64,000 bases of DNA from a virus (lineage: Duplodnaviria > Caudoviricetes), in IMG/VR virus record IMGVR_UViG_3300023170_004399, positions 192,001 to 256,000 of that record. The stretch is one strand, 5' to 3'. Of the stretch, positions 1 through 8,480 are shown one piece after another. Numbering within the stretch: the first letter of the stretch is position 1; every line of letters begins with the position of its first letter. The notes under the pieces are model-generated. The model was not told where the DNA came from and did no database searches. It saw nothing but the letters and a program-made list of their open reading frames with translations. The translations under genes and the position numbers were made by a program.

Positions 1-1
1 G

Positions 2-583
2 AATGTTAGTGATAGAAAGAAAATGTACTATCAAAAACGAGATGAGTATCGTTTACAATATGCAAAACTTGGTAGAATAAAAGAAAATGCTACCTTATTA
101 TATTTAATCCAAACGGGCTTTAATGGCATATGGCAAACAATGAAAGAATCAGGCGACAGATATGCAACTCCTTCGGGGCTTCAAAAAAGCAATGGAAACT
201 CTGTGACTTTTAGCGAAAGTAGATTAAGAAAATATATTGACTATTTAAGATCATTTACAATTACTTGTGATGATTTTGAAAAATGTATGTTATCATATGA
301 GAACGCATGGTTGTATTGTGACCCACCTTATAGAGACACTGTGCAGAGATATGGTAGTAGCTTTAACGATGACAAACAAGCATTATTGGTTGATACGTGT
401 AAATTAGTTTCAAAAAGTGGTAACTTGGTTTCTATGAGTAACAAAGAAGTTGATAATTGGTTTTCATCTAGATTTGATCATACTTGGAATTTTAAAATAT
501 TTAACAATGTTAAATACACAGCAGGAAGACACAACAAAGGCTTTGGTGCGAAAGCAACAGAGGTCTTAATCAAAAATTATTAA
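2..583 (+). CDS. dam: Dam/D12-class DNA adenine methyltransferase (5'-truncated by window edge)
   Basis: Frame open from position 2; motifs LxxxGFNG and YCDPPY typical of Dam-family N6-adenine MTases. Confidence 0.85.
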   Translation, partial: NVSDRKKMYYQKRDEYRLQYAKLGRIKENATLLYLIQTGFNGIWQTMKESGDRYATPSGLQKSNGNSVTFSESRLRKYIDYLRSFTITCDDFEKCMLSYENAWLYCDPPYRDTVQRYGSSFNDDKQALLVDTCKLVSKSGNLVSMSNKEVDNWFSSRFDHTWNFKIFNNVKYTAGRHNKGFGAKATEVLIKNY

Positions 584-632
584 AAATTATTATAACCGGT
601 CGAGAGAAGACCACAAACAAAATGGAGAACAT

Positions 633-797
633 ATGATTTTATCAGTATTATTTTTATTTGCATGCGGCGATGATAAAGAAGACACTGCCATTGCACAAGA
701 AACTGGAGAGGTAGAGATTGTTGAAGAAGCAGAAGAAGCAGAAGAAACTGAAGAAACTGAAGAGACGGAAAGCGGTGAGACAGAAGAAGCAGAGTAA
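633..797 (+). CDS. small acidic lipoprotein (54 aa), not in ORF track
   Basis: GGAG RBS then ATG; MILSVLFLFAC|GDDKEDTA... lipobox followed by Glu-rich repeats (EEAEEAEETEETEE). Confidence 0.7.
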   Translation: MILSVLFLFACGDDKEDTAIAQETGEVEIVEEAEEAEETEETEETESGETEEAE

Positions 798-799
798 TA

Positions 800-900
800 G
801 ACTGTAGTTGCAGTCACATATGGTCATGATACGGGCACGACGAGATGCTTGCTTTCAAAAGCCGGTGGAGACCATCAAAAAAAACCCGTATCTCTTTTTT
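800..900 (+). ncRNA. candidate structured RNA / leader upstream of thyX
   Basis: GC-enriched intergenic DNA: hairpin GACTG/CAGTC (800-815), 8-bp stem GATACGGG(828-835)/CCCGTATC(885-892) enclosing GCTT/AAGC and GGT-GGAG-ACC hairpins, followed by a T tract. Confidence 0.4.
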
Positions 901-922
901 ATATAACATTGGTAGAAGTAAA

Positions 923-1645
923 ATGAAAATAGAAATATATAATGACGGAATTGGAAGTGTAGAATATGTACAACACATGGGCGAAGACATCACTGTAGTA
1001 AATAGTGCTCGTGTTTCTTTTGGCAAACAGAAAGATAATGTTGATGACAAAGATAAAAAATTAATTAATTATCTCATAAAACATAAGCACACTAGCACAT
1101 TAGAGCACAATGTTATAACTTTTAGGTTTGTCGTACCTTTATTTATCAGGTCTCAACATCACAGACACAGAACATGGTCTTACAATGAAATAAGCAGGCG
1201 TTATACAGATGTTAACTTAAATTTTTACAAACCTAAAAAATTTAGAACACAGCATACAAGTAATAGACAAGCTTCTAATCCGGATGAATTAATCAATCCC
1301 CGGGTTTACCCAACATTAAGTTTGATAAAAGCATCTGAATTATTAGAGTGCAGAATTAGTGATTGTTTGCAAACGTTTAATGATCTAATAGATGTTGGTG
1401 TTTGTAGAGAACAAGCTAGGATGATTTTACCTCAGTGTTTATATACGGAATACTACGGGACTTGTAATTTAAATAACCTTTTAAAGTTTTGTGCCTTAAG
1501 ACTTCACGATGGTGCTCAGTGGGAAATACAGCAAGTGGCAAAAGCATGCTTAAAAATTGCAAAAAAACATTGGCCAATAACTGTGAATGCATGGATAAAT
1601 AATCTTTCAGATGAGGATCTTAAAGCAGAATTCCTATCTGTGTAA
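923..1645 (+). CDS. thyX: FAD-dependent thymidylate synthase
   Basis: RHRTWSYNEISRRY ThyX signature, HTSTLEH, AREQAR-like motif; start moved to ATG 923 (MKIEIY). Confidence 0.95.
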   Translation: MKIEIYNDGIGSVEYVQHMGEDITVVNSARVSFGKQKDNVDDKDKKLINYLIKHKHTSTLEHNVITFRFVVPLFIRSQHHRHRTWSYNEISRRYTDVNLNFYKPKKFRTQHTSNRQASNPDELINPRVYPTLSLIKASELLECRISDCLQTFNDLIDVGVCREQARMILPQCLYTEYYGTCNLNNLLKFCALRLHDGAQWEIQQVAKACLKIAKKHWPITVNAWINNLSDEDLKAEFLSV

Positions 1646-1672
1646 TTAAAATCGATTTTGATTTTTCTATAA

Positions 1673-1680
1673 TATTTATA
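1673..1680 (+). promoter_or_regulatory. candidate late promoter TATTTATA
   Basis: ATATTTAT motif shortly upstream of a start codon; the same motif precedes probable virion genes at 16381, 27733 and 37812. Confidence 0.4.
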
Positions 1681-1724
1681 TAAAAGGTAGTTCAGTTTTT
1701 GTATTTAATATTCGGAGAATTAAA

Positions 1725-2045
1725 ATGACAAACAATGAAGGCTGGGCTGAGTATTCTAAACTAGTCCTAAAAGAGTTAGAGACACTTAATAAATCAATTG
1801 AATCTTTAAATGAACAGATTAATGACTTAAAAAACGAAATTGCAGTTTTAAAAGAAAGAGAAGATAGGGTAAGTGGTTTATTGCAGTGGAAAGAAAGAGT
1901 AGACGAAATAGCTAGCCCTTCTCAGTTGAAAGAAATGAAGAATGATGTTGATGATCTAAAAAAGTTTGCAACTAAAGCAACTACGATTTTTGCTGCAGTA
2001 CAAGTTTTCATGGGTATGGTTTTTGCGCTATTAAAATATTTATAA
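1725..2045 (+). CDS. coiled-coil protein with C-terminal transmembrane helix
   Basis: GGAG RBS; heptad coiled coil then hydrophobic C-terminus (TIFAAVQVFMGMVFALL). Confidence 0.7.
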   Translation: MTNNEGWAEYSKLVLKELETLNKSIESLNEQINDLKNEIAVLKEREDRVSGLLQWKERVDEIASPSQLKEMKNDVDDLKKFATKATTIFAAVQVFMGMVFALLKYL

Positions 2046-2100
2046 AATATGTTTTAACACGGTATAGTACTATACAAACTAATTAACAAAGGGAGTATGT

Positions 2101-2940
2101 ATGCCGGAAGGTCCAGAATGTAGAACGTTTGCTTTAGGTTTAGCAAAAGCAATATCATATAAGACACTAGTTGATATTAATATCCTTAGTGGCAAGTATT
2201 CAAGAGAAGCACCAAAAGGTTTTCATGACTTGAAACCTAAATTGCCAATACAAATGGTTGGTGCTGGTGTTCATGGAAAATACATTTATGCACTAGGTAG
2301 AGAAGATCAGTTAATCATTAGTTTTACTATGGGCATGACTGGCAATTTTTCAATTGAAAAACAAAAGCATTCTCGTGTTGAGTTTTGTTTTAGTGATAAT
2401 TCACGTGTGTACTATAATGACACTAGAAACTTTGGCACAATTCGTTTTGATTTTGGTAAGGATTATTTAGTTGATAAACTAGAAGGATTAGGGCCAGATA
2501 TGTTAGTGGAAGATATATCAGACCAAAATTTTATTACCCTACTAAGAGCTAAAAATAAATGGAATATTTGCAAAGCTTTGATGGATCAACATGTTATTGC
2601 TGGCGTAGGGAATTATGTAAAAGCTGATAGTCTATGGTTGTCAAAAATAAACCCTAATGCTAAAATATCTGATTTAGAAGATGGTGAATTAGCAGTGTTG
2701 AACAGATCTGTCAAAAAAGTTTTAAGAACCAGTTTTGAAGAAGGTGGTGCAACTTTTAAATCTTATAGTGACATTAATGGCAATTTAGGTAATTACTCCC
2801 GGCGTTTTTTAGTGTATAATCAAAAAAGTGACCCTGAAGGAAACTTAGTAGAAAAAATAAAAACACCTGATGGTAGAACAACGCATTGGTCGCCTAAGGT
2901 ACAAACTAATGGAGATAACAATGAGCCTAAAACTGTCTGA
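2101..2940 (+). CDS. Fpg/Nei-family DNA glycosylase/AP lyase
   Basis: N-terminal MPEGPE, H2TH motif LMDQxxIAGVGNYVK, zincless-finger-type C-terminus ending GRTTHWSP. Confidence 0.93.
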   Translation: MPEGPECRTFALGLAKAISYKTLVDINILSGKYSREAPKGFHDLKPKLPIQMVGAGVHGKYIYALGREDQLIISFTMGMTGNFSIEKQKHSRVEFCFSDNSRVYYNDTRNFGTIRFDFGKDYLVDKLEGLGPDMLVEDISDQNFITLLRAKNKWNICKALMDQHVIAGVGNYVKADSLWLSKINPNAKISDLEDGELAVLNRSVKKVLRTSFEEGGATFKSYSDINGNLGNYSRRFLVYNQKSDPEGNLVEKIKTPDGRTTHWSPKVQTNGDNNEPKTV

Positions 2941-3157
2941 CGAAACAATAGCACATATAGCTAAAATTATTCAAGTAGCAATACTTAGTGGTACTGATAT
3001 AGTCGATCATTTAAGACTTTTGTCTTTGGTAAAAAATGATGAAGATTATTTGGTCCCTTCACCTGAAACTAATGAATTATTTGAAAAAAGTATTCAGGAC
3101 ATGTTAAAAGATATTGAACAAAAGAATTTTGAAAAAGAAATTGTTACGGATGAATAA
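2921..3157 (+). CDS. hypothetical phage protein
   Basis: GGAG RBS before ATG 2921 (MSLKLSDE); coupled to neighbours. Confidence 0.7.
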   Translation: MSLKLSDETIAHIAKIIQVAILSGTDIVDHLRLLSLVKNDEDYLVPSPETNELFEKSIQDMLKDIEQKNFEKEIVTDE

Positions 3158-3159
3158 TA

Positions 3160-3915
3160 TTGGCATTAACTAATAAACATAAAAAAAGAATTAAAGATGC
3201 ATCATTAATGGTAAGCAGTCTTCGTAAAATGACAGAAGATATGCAGTCTATTAATGATGCATACTCTAAAGAGCTTGATGATATACTTAAAGCACTTGTA
3301 TTAGGCAAACGTACAACTAAGGCTCAATCAAATGCATCTACACAAACTAATGCGGAAGTAGAAAATGCAGACAACACTAATTTAATTGCAGAGAAAGACC
3401 CAGAGTCTGCAGAAAGCACATACAGTGAAAAACATGAAAATCAAAGTGAGCAGAAAGAAGAGAAAAACCTCGTTGATTTAGAAACTAACAACAATGCACC
3501 GCCGTCCTGGGCGAAAGATTTATATAAAAAAATACTAAAAATCTGTCATCCTGATAAGCTTAATATTAAAGACACATTAGATTTTGAAAAAAAGCTACAT
3601 GCTGGGAAGTCATGTTTAAGATATTATAATACTGGAAATTATGAGTATATGATCATGGTTGGTGGCACAGTAGATACTTTTACAGATAAACTATCACAAA
3701 ACAAACAGTTAGAAATATTAAACAAAATTTATGCAGAAGATAATCAATCAATTCAATCTATACAGAATTCTGTGTCATGGAAGTGGGGTATTTCATGGGA
3801 TGAGCAAGGCGGAAGAATTAGGTTTTTAGAGAATTTTTGTAGACTTAAAAAAATAAAACCAATTCCTAACAGGAAGCAGCTGCAAAAAATATTAGATGAA
3901 ATAGAAAATCAATAA
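3160..3915 (+). CDS. protein with partial J-domain (HPD motif)
   Basis: KDLYKKILKICHPDKL resembles DnaJ helix II plus HPD loop. Confidence 0.55.
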   Translation: MALTNKHKKRIKDASLMVSSLRKMTEDMQSINDAYSKELDDILKALVLGKRTTKAQSNASTQTNAEVENADNTNLIAEKDPESAESTYSEKHENQSEQKEEKNLVDLETNNNAPPSWAKDLYKKILKICHPDKLNIKDTLDFEKKLHAGKSCLRYYNTGNYEYMIMVGGTVDTFTDKLSQNKQLEILNKIYAEDNQSIQSIQNSVSWKWGISWDEQGGRIRFLENFCRLKKIKPIPNRKQLQKILDEIENQ

Positions 3916-3920
3916 ATTTT

Positions 3921-3958
3921 CTGTAAATTTTGCAAAAAATATATATGTTTGTTATATT
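3921..3958 (+). promoter_or_regulatory. sigma70-type phage promoter (CTGTAAA-extended)
   Basis: CTGTAAATT-TTGCAA-17 bp-TATATT; near-identical copies at 34013, 37034, 44225, 63160. Confidence 0.8.
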
Positions 3959-3990
3959 ACTATTACTAACCAACAAACAAAGGATCAAAC

Positions 3991-4236
3991 ATGTCAGATT
4001 ATCTTAAAAAACAATCTTTATCTTCAGTGTACGTTAACTGGGATGATATTGATTTAATAGTAGAAATAAATAGAATTTTGGCTTTAAGTTTAGCTAGAAG
4101 AACGCCTGTCGTTAATTTAGTATTTAAAGAATTACAATCAGAATGGAAAAAAAGACATTCGTCTAAAAGGGTACCAAAAATCATTTTAGATGATGAATTT
4201 ATTTTTCATGGAGAAAATAATGAAAAAAACAAGTAA
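3991..4236 (+). CDS. hypothetical protein
   Basis: AGGA RBS, first gene after promoter. Confidence 0.65.
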   Translation: MSDYLKKQSLSSVYVNWDDIDLIVEINRILALSLARRTPVVNLVFKELQSEWKKRHSSKRVPKIILDDEFIFHGENNEKNK

Positions 4237-4363
4237 AACACGTAAAATACTTGGCGGTGTCAAGTTATTTTTAATGTGTAATTTTGTAATAACATATAGT
4301 TTGGCTTTCGCTACTACGAAAGTAATGTACAACAAATATTTTAATAATAAGGAGAATAAATGA
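4220..4363 (+). CDS. small membrane protein (47 aa), not in ORF track
   Basis: GGAG RBS; MKKTSKTRKILGGVKLFLMCNFVITYSLAFATTKVMY...; its TGA overlaps the dnaE ATG. Confidence 0.55.
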   Translation: MKKTSKTRKILGGVKLFLMCNFVITYSLAFATTKVMYNKYFNNKENK

Positions 4364-7300
4364 TTAAAAAACCAACCCGTTTTGTAGGACTACATTCACA
4401 TTCAGGCTTTTCTACATTTGATGGATTAGATTACCCAAATGAACACATAGACTTTTGTCGTGAAAATGGTCTTGATGCTTTTGCTTTAACTGACCATGGT
4501 CACATGAATGGATTTGCTCATGCATATCTGCACACTAAAAAACTTAATGATGCTGGTGCAAATTTTAAGTTTATTCCTGGTTGTGAAATGTATGTACATC
4601 CTGATTTAGATGTTTGGTCTTTAGACCATCAAATTCAAAAAGCCGCTAAGCAAGGTGATCAAGCAGCAATAAATAAACTTAATGCGCAGCGTGAAAAAAT
4701 CATTACGCCACTATTTGATCGCACTGATTCTGATGATGAATTAGAAGATATAGAAATTATTAATGATACTAATCAACTCACTATTGAGAATGAAGAAGAA
4801 ACCAAGTCTGGTAAATTTTATGACCCAGTTAAGCGTAGACATCATTTAGTTGTATTACCAAAAACAAATAATGGTATACAAAAAGTTATGCATTTAGTTT
4901 CACGTGGTTACTTAGAAGGTTTCTTCAGGTTCCCACGCATTGATTACAAAATGTTAAGAGAAGCTGGTAAAGATGGTGATTTAATTATTTCAAGTGCTTG
5001 TTTGGGTGGACCATTTGCTTATGAAATATTCAAACATATGCAACAAGTAGAATTTGATCATCTTCATCCGGATTTATTAGATAGACCTGGTATGCAAGAA
5101 AGAGTGCTTAATGATATGGGCAATGTACTTGATCAACTTAGTTGGGCTGTTGGTCTAGAAAATGTATTTTTAGAACTACAATTTAACAAGTTATCTGCAC
5201 AACATTTAGTTAATAAAGCTTTGCTTTTATTCGCTGAAAAACACAACTTACAAAATCAATTAGTCGTTACTTGTGACAGTCATTATAGTAGACCTGACCA
5301 CTGGAAAGAACGCGAGTTATATAAAAAACTTGGCTGGCTTAACTATAAAGACTTTAATCCAGAGAATATGCCATCATCAAAAGAAGATTTGAAATGCGAG
5401 TTATATCCTAAAAACTCGAAGCAAGTCTGGGAATCATATATTGAAACTACACAAGAATATCCTGGTATATACAATGATACGATAGTCTGTGATGCTATAG
5501 AAAGAACATATGATATAGCTCATGATGTCATTGATCATGATATGTCTGTCGATACTAGTATGAAATTGCCTAGCTATGTAATTCCTGAAAATATGTCACC
5601 TGATAAAGCTTTGTTAGAAGCATGCAAAAAAGGTTTGGTTGCTAGAGGCAAACATACTGATCAGGCATATATTGATCGATTGAAAATGGAATTAACAGTT
5701 ATACGTGAAAAAGGTTTTTCCGCTTATTTCTTAACTATGAAAAAGATGTTAGACATTGCCAGACGTGAGATGTTTGTTGGCCCAGGTCGTGGTTCTGGTG
5801 CTGGTTCTTTAGTTGCTTGGACGCTTAATATTACTGATATGGATCCAATAGAATATGGTTTGCTTTTTGAAAGGTTTTTGTCTATTCATAGAAAAGGATA
5901 CCCTGATATTGATACTGATGTTGGTGATAGAGACCGCTTAATTCAAATGTTGCGTGATGAGTTTTCAGCTGAAAATGTTATACCTATTTCTAACTACAAT
6001 ACTTTTAAATTAAAGACACTAGTTAAAGATATCTCTAGGTTCTACGGCATTCCATTCGAAGAGTCCAATAATGCGCTTAAGACTGTCGAAAATGATGTTA
6101 TATCTGCTATACGTGGACCTGGTTTTAATCGCGGTACATTTGTATTAGAATACAAAGATGCACTAGAACATTCTGACAAGTTTAGAGATTTTATAGAAAA
6201 ATACCCCATGATAGCAGAACCTATCAATGTTTTGTTTAAACAAAATAAAGCATTAGGACGTCATGCAGGCGGTGTAATTGTATCTGAAAATATAGCTGAA
6301 AGAATGCCACTTATTCGCGCTAAAGGTGAAGCACAAACACCTTGGACCGAAGGCATGACTAGTCAGTTAGAAAAATTTGGTTGGATTAAGTTTGACTTAC
6401 TAGGGCTGGGTACTTTACGTATTATTCAAGATTGCATTAAAATGATATTACGTGAAAAGACTGGTAAGTTTGAACCATCTTTCAAAGAAATCCAAGATTG
6501 GTACAATAAAAACTTAGCTCCCGACACCATTGATCATGATGATCAAGAAGTGTATAAGAATGTTTATCATGATGGAAACTTTGTTTCGACATTTCAGTGT
6601 GTAAATGCTGGTGCTCAAAGACTATTTATGAAATGTAAACCAACTAGTATAGTTGATTTAGCAACTCTAACCTCTATATATAGACCCGGTCCGCTTCAAG
6701 CACACGTTGATAAACTATATCATAAGCAAAAAAGCAATCCGGATATAATCGATTATAAGCACCCTCTTATAAAAGAGTGTTTAGAGGAAACTGCTGGCTG
6801 TATTATCTTTCAAGAGCAGGTTATGAATTTGTGTCATGTTGTCGCTGGTTTTCCAAAAGAAGACTGTGATATGATTAGACGTAAATTGATGAAAAGAAAG
6901 ATTGGTGAAATGGGTGGACCAGACCCTGAAGTTAAAATTGCTTTTGTTAAAGGTGCCGTTGAAAACGGTGTGCCAGAGAAAGTAGCAGACAAACTATTTG
7001 AAGATATTCTTTATTTTGCTGGTTATGGTTTTAACAAATCACATGCTGTTGCATACGCAATGATTAGTTACCAGTGTGCTTATTTATTAACACACTTTCA
7101 AGAACACTGGGTGAAAGCTGTGCTTAATTCGACAGCTAATGATCCAAAAGCACAAGCAAAAGCTATTACTGAAATTAAGTCATTAGGTTATGGATTAGTA
7201 CCTATTGATATTAACTTAGCTGAAAAGAACTGGACAATTGTTGATGGTAAAAAGTTAATGCCTAGTTTTTACAGCTGTAAAGGTATTGGTGAAACTGCAC

Positions 7301-7959
7301 TCGATGAGATTATTGATATGCGTCCATATAAATCTTTTAAAGATATGTTTTGGGATGAAGATGGAAAGTGGAAACTCAAAAAGTTTAATAAGCGTGCTGT
7401 AGATTCTTTGTTGAAGATAAAAGCTTTTGATTCTTTTGATGAAATAGGTGAAGGTAAACTATTTTGTTCTTACCAGCATGCTTACGATGTTATTATTAAC
7501 AACTGGAATGATTTGCGAAAGTCTCTTAAGAAAGAGCCTGATTATGGTCAAAGAGTATTTCATGAAAAAATAGAAGAGTTACATGGTACGCCTGAATGGA
7601 CAAAGCTTGAGTTTTGCACAAATAAGATGAATTTAATCGGTGCTTTCAATGTAAATGATATTATTTCAGATGAAATACTAAACAAGATACAGACTAGAGG
7701 TATCAAACCTATAAATGAAATGGAGCCCAATTCAAAAGGTTTGTGCTGGTTTGTTATACTAAAAACTACTGTACGTTTAACAAAAAACAAAAAGAAGTAT
7801 TTATCGTTACAAGTCGTTGGCAATGATGGTTCTGAATATAGAATGTTTTTGTGGGGCTGGAATGGCGACCCAATAGAACCATATACTTTTTGTGGTGCTG
7901 AAGTCTCGCATAATAGTTTTGGTTATTCTACTAAACAAAAAGTTTTGAAAACTTTGTAA
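4360..7959 (+). CDS. dnaE: DNA polymerase III alpha subunit (family C)
   Basis: PHP motifs HSHSGFS, TDHG, SACLGG, DSHY; GRGSGAGS; catalytic PDIDTD; RHAGGV; KFDLLGL; YRPGP; YGFNKSHA. Confidence 0.97.
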   Translation: MIKKPTRFVGLHSHSGFSTFDGLDYPNEHIDFCRENGLDAFALTDHGHMNGFAHAYLHTKKLNDAGANFKFIPGCEMYVHPDLDVWSLDHQIQKAAKQGDQAAINKLNAQREKIITPLFDRTDSDDELEDIEIINDTNQLTIENEEETKSGKFYDPVKRRHHLVVLPKTNNGIQKVMHLVSRGYLEGFFRFPRIDYKMLREAGKDGDLIISSACLGGPFAYEIFKHMQQVEFDHLHPDLLDRPGMQERVLNDMGNVLDQLSWAVGLENVFLELQFNKLSAQHLVNKALLLFAEKHNLQNQLVVTCDSHYSRPDHWKERELYKKLGWLNYKDFNPENMPSSKEDLKCELYPKNSKQVWESYIETTQEYPGIYNDTIVCDAIERTYDIAHDVIDHDMSVDTSMKLPSYVIPENMSPDKALLEACKKGLVARGKHTDQAYIDRLKMELTVIREKGFSAYFLTMKKMLDIARREMFVGPGRGSGAGSLVAWTLNITDMDPIEYGLLFERFLSIHRKGYPDIDTDVGDRDRLIQMLRDEFSAENVIPISNYNTFKLKTLVKDISRFYGIPFEESNNALKTVENDVISAIRGPGFNRGTFVLEYKDALEHSDKFRDFIEKYPMIAEPINVLFKQNKALGRHAGGVIVSENIAERMPLIRAKGEAQTPWTEGMTSQLEKFGWIKFDLLGLGTLRIIQDCIKMILREKTGKFEPSFKEIQDWYNKNLAPDTIDHDDQEVYKNVYHDGNFVSTFQCVNAGAQRLFMKCKPTSIVDLATLTSIYRPGPLQAHVDKLYHKQKSNPDIIDYKHPLIKECLEETAGCIIFQEQVMNLCHVVAGFPKEDCDMIRRKLMKRKIGEMGGPDPEVKIAFVKGAVENGVPEKVADKLFEDILYFAGYGFNKSHAVAYAMISYQCAYLLTHFQEHWVKAVLNSTANDPKAQAKAITEIKSLGYGLVPIDINLAEKNWTIVDGKKLMPSFYSCKGIGETALDEIIDMRPYKSFKDMFWDEDGKWKLKKFNKRAVDSLLKIKAFDSFDEIGEGKLFCSYQHAYDVIINNWNDLRKSLKKEPDYGQRVFHEKIEELHGTPEWTKLEFCTNKMNLIGAFNVNDIISDEILNKIQTRGIKPINEMEPNSKGLCWFVILKTTVRLTKNKKKYLSLQVVGNDGSEYRMFLWGWNGDPIEPYTFCGAEVSHNSFGYSTKQKVLKTL

Positions 7960-7973
7960 AGACTTAGTATAAT
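7945..7973 (+). promoter_or_regulatory. sigma70-type promoter for modification operon
   Basis: TTGAAA-17 bp-TATAAT upstream of the kinase gene. Confidence 0.6.
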
Positions 7974-8003
7974 AAAAATATTACACACTAACAAGAGGTA
8001 CTT

Positions 8004-8480
8004 ATGAATTATGGTATTATTCTTGACGGCGCAGAGCAGCAAGGTAAATCAACCCTTGCTGCAAAGCTAAGCAAGTTATTAGGATATCCAATCAGACATT
8101 TCGATAAACCACCCGAAAATTTTGATTTTTGGGAAGATTATTTTATTGAAGCAGAAAGCAATTGTCCATGGTTATTAGATAGATGTTTTACTAGCGAGTT
8201 GGTTTATGGCAAATATTTTAATCGTAGTAGAATAAGCGATGAACATAAAGCTCGTTTAGAAAAAAGATTTACTGACTTAAATTACATGTTTGTTCTTTGT
8301 GAATTGGATAATGATTGGATTGATAGAGAAGAGACTGTAACAAAAGAACAAAATATAGAAATAAAAAAATTATATAGGGACATGTATAATAATCTTAACA
8401 TGCCTAAAATAATCGTTAGACCTGATGAAAACGGTATTAAACAAATATTAAAACTACACAATAAAATTATAGGAGAATAA
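8004..8480 (+). CDS. dNMP (thymidylate-like) kinase
   Basis: P-loop ILDGAEQQGKST and LLDR motif of the TMK family. Confidence 0.8.
   Translation: MNYGIILDGAEQQGKSTLAAKLSKLLGYPIRHFDKPPENFDFWEDYFIEAESNCPWLLDRCFTSELVYGKYFNRSRISDEHKARLEKRFTDLNYMFVLCELDNDWIDREETVTKEQNIEIKKLYRDMYNNLNMPKIIVRPDENGIKQILKLHNKIIGE

Noticed and set aside
845-862. tRNA-Sec-like anticodon loop (GCTTTCAAAAGC)
   Set aside because: No D-arm, T-arm or acceptor geometry; only a short palindrome
845-922. N-terminal extension of ThyX from the ORF track
   Set aside because: Non-homologous sequence overlapping a structured intergenic element; ATG 923 gives a normal ThyX N-terminus
4304-4321. Hairpin CTTTCG/CGAAAG upstream of dnaE
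   Set aside because: Only 6 bp and lies inside the small 4220-4363 ORF; likely chance
4360-7959. Intein in DnaE
   Set aside because: No C...HN splice junctions or LAGLIDADG blocks; length is normal
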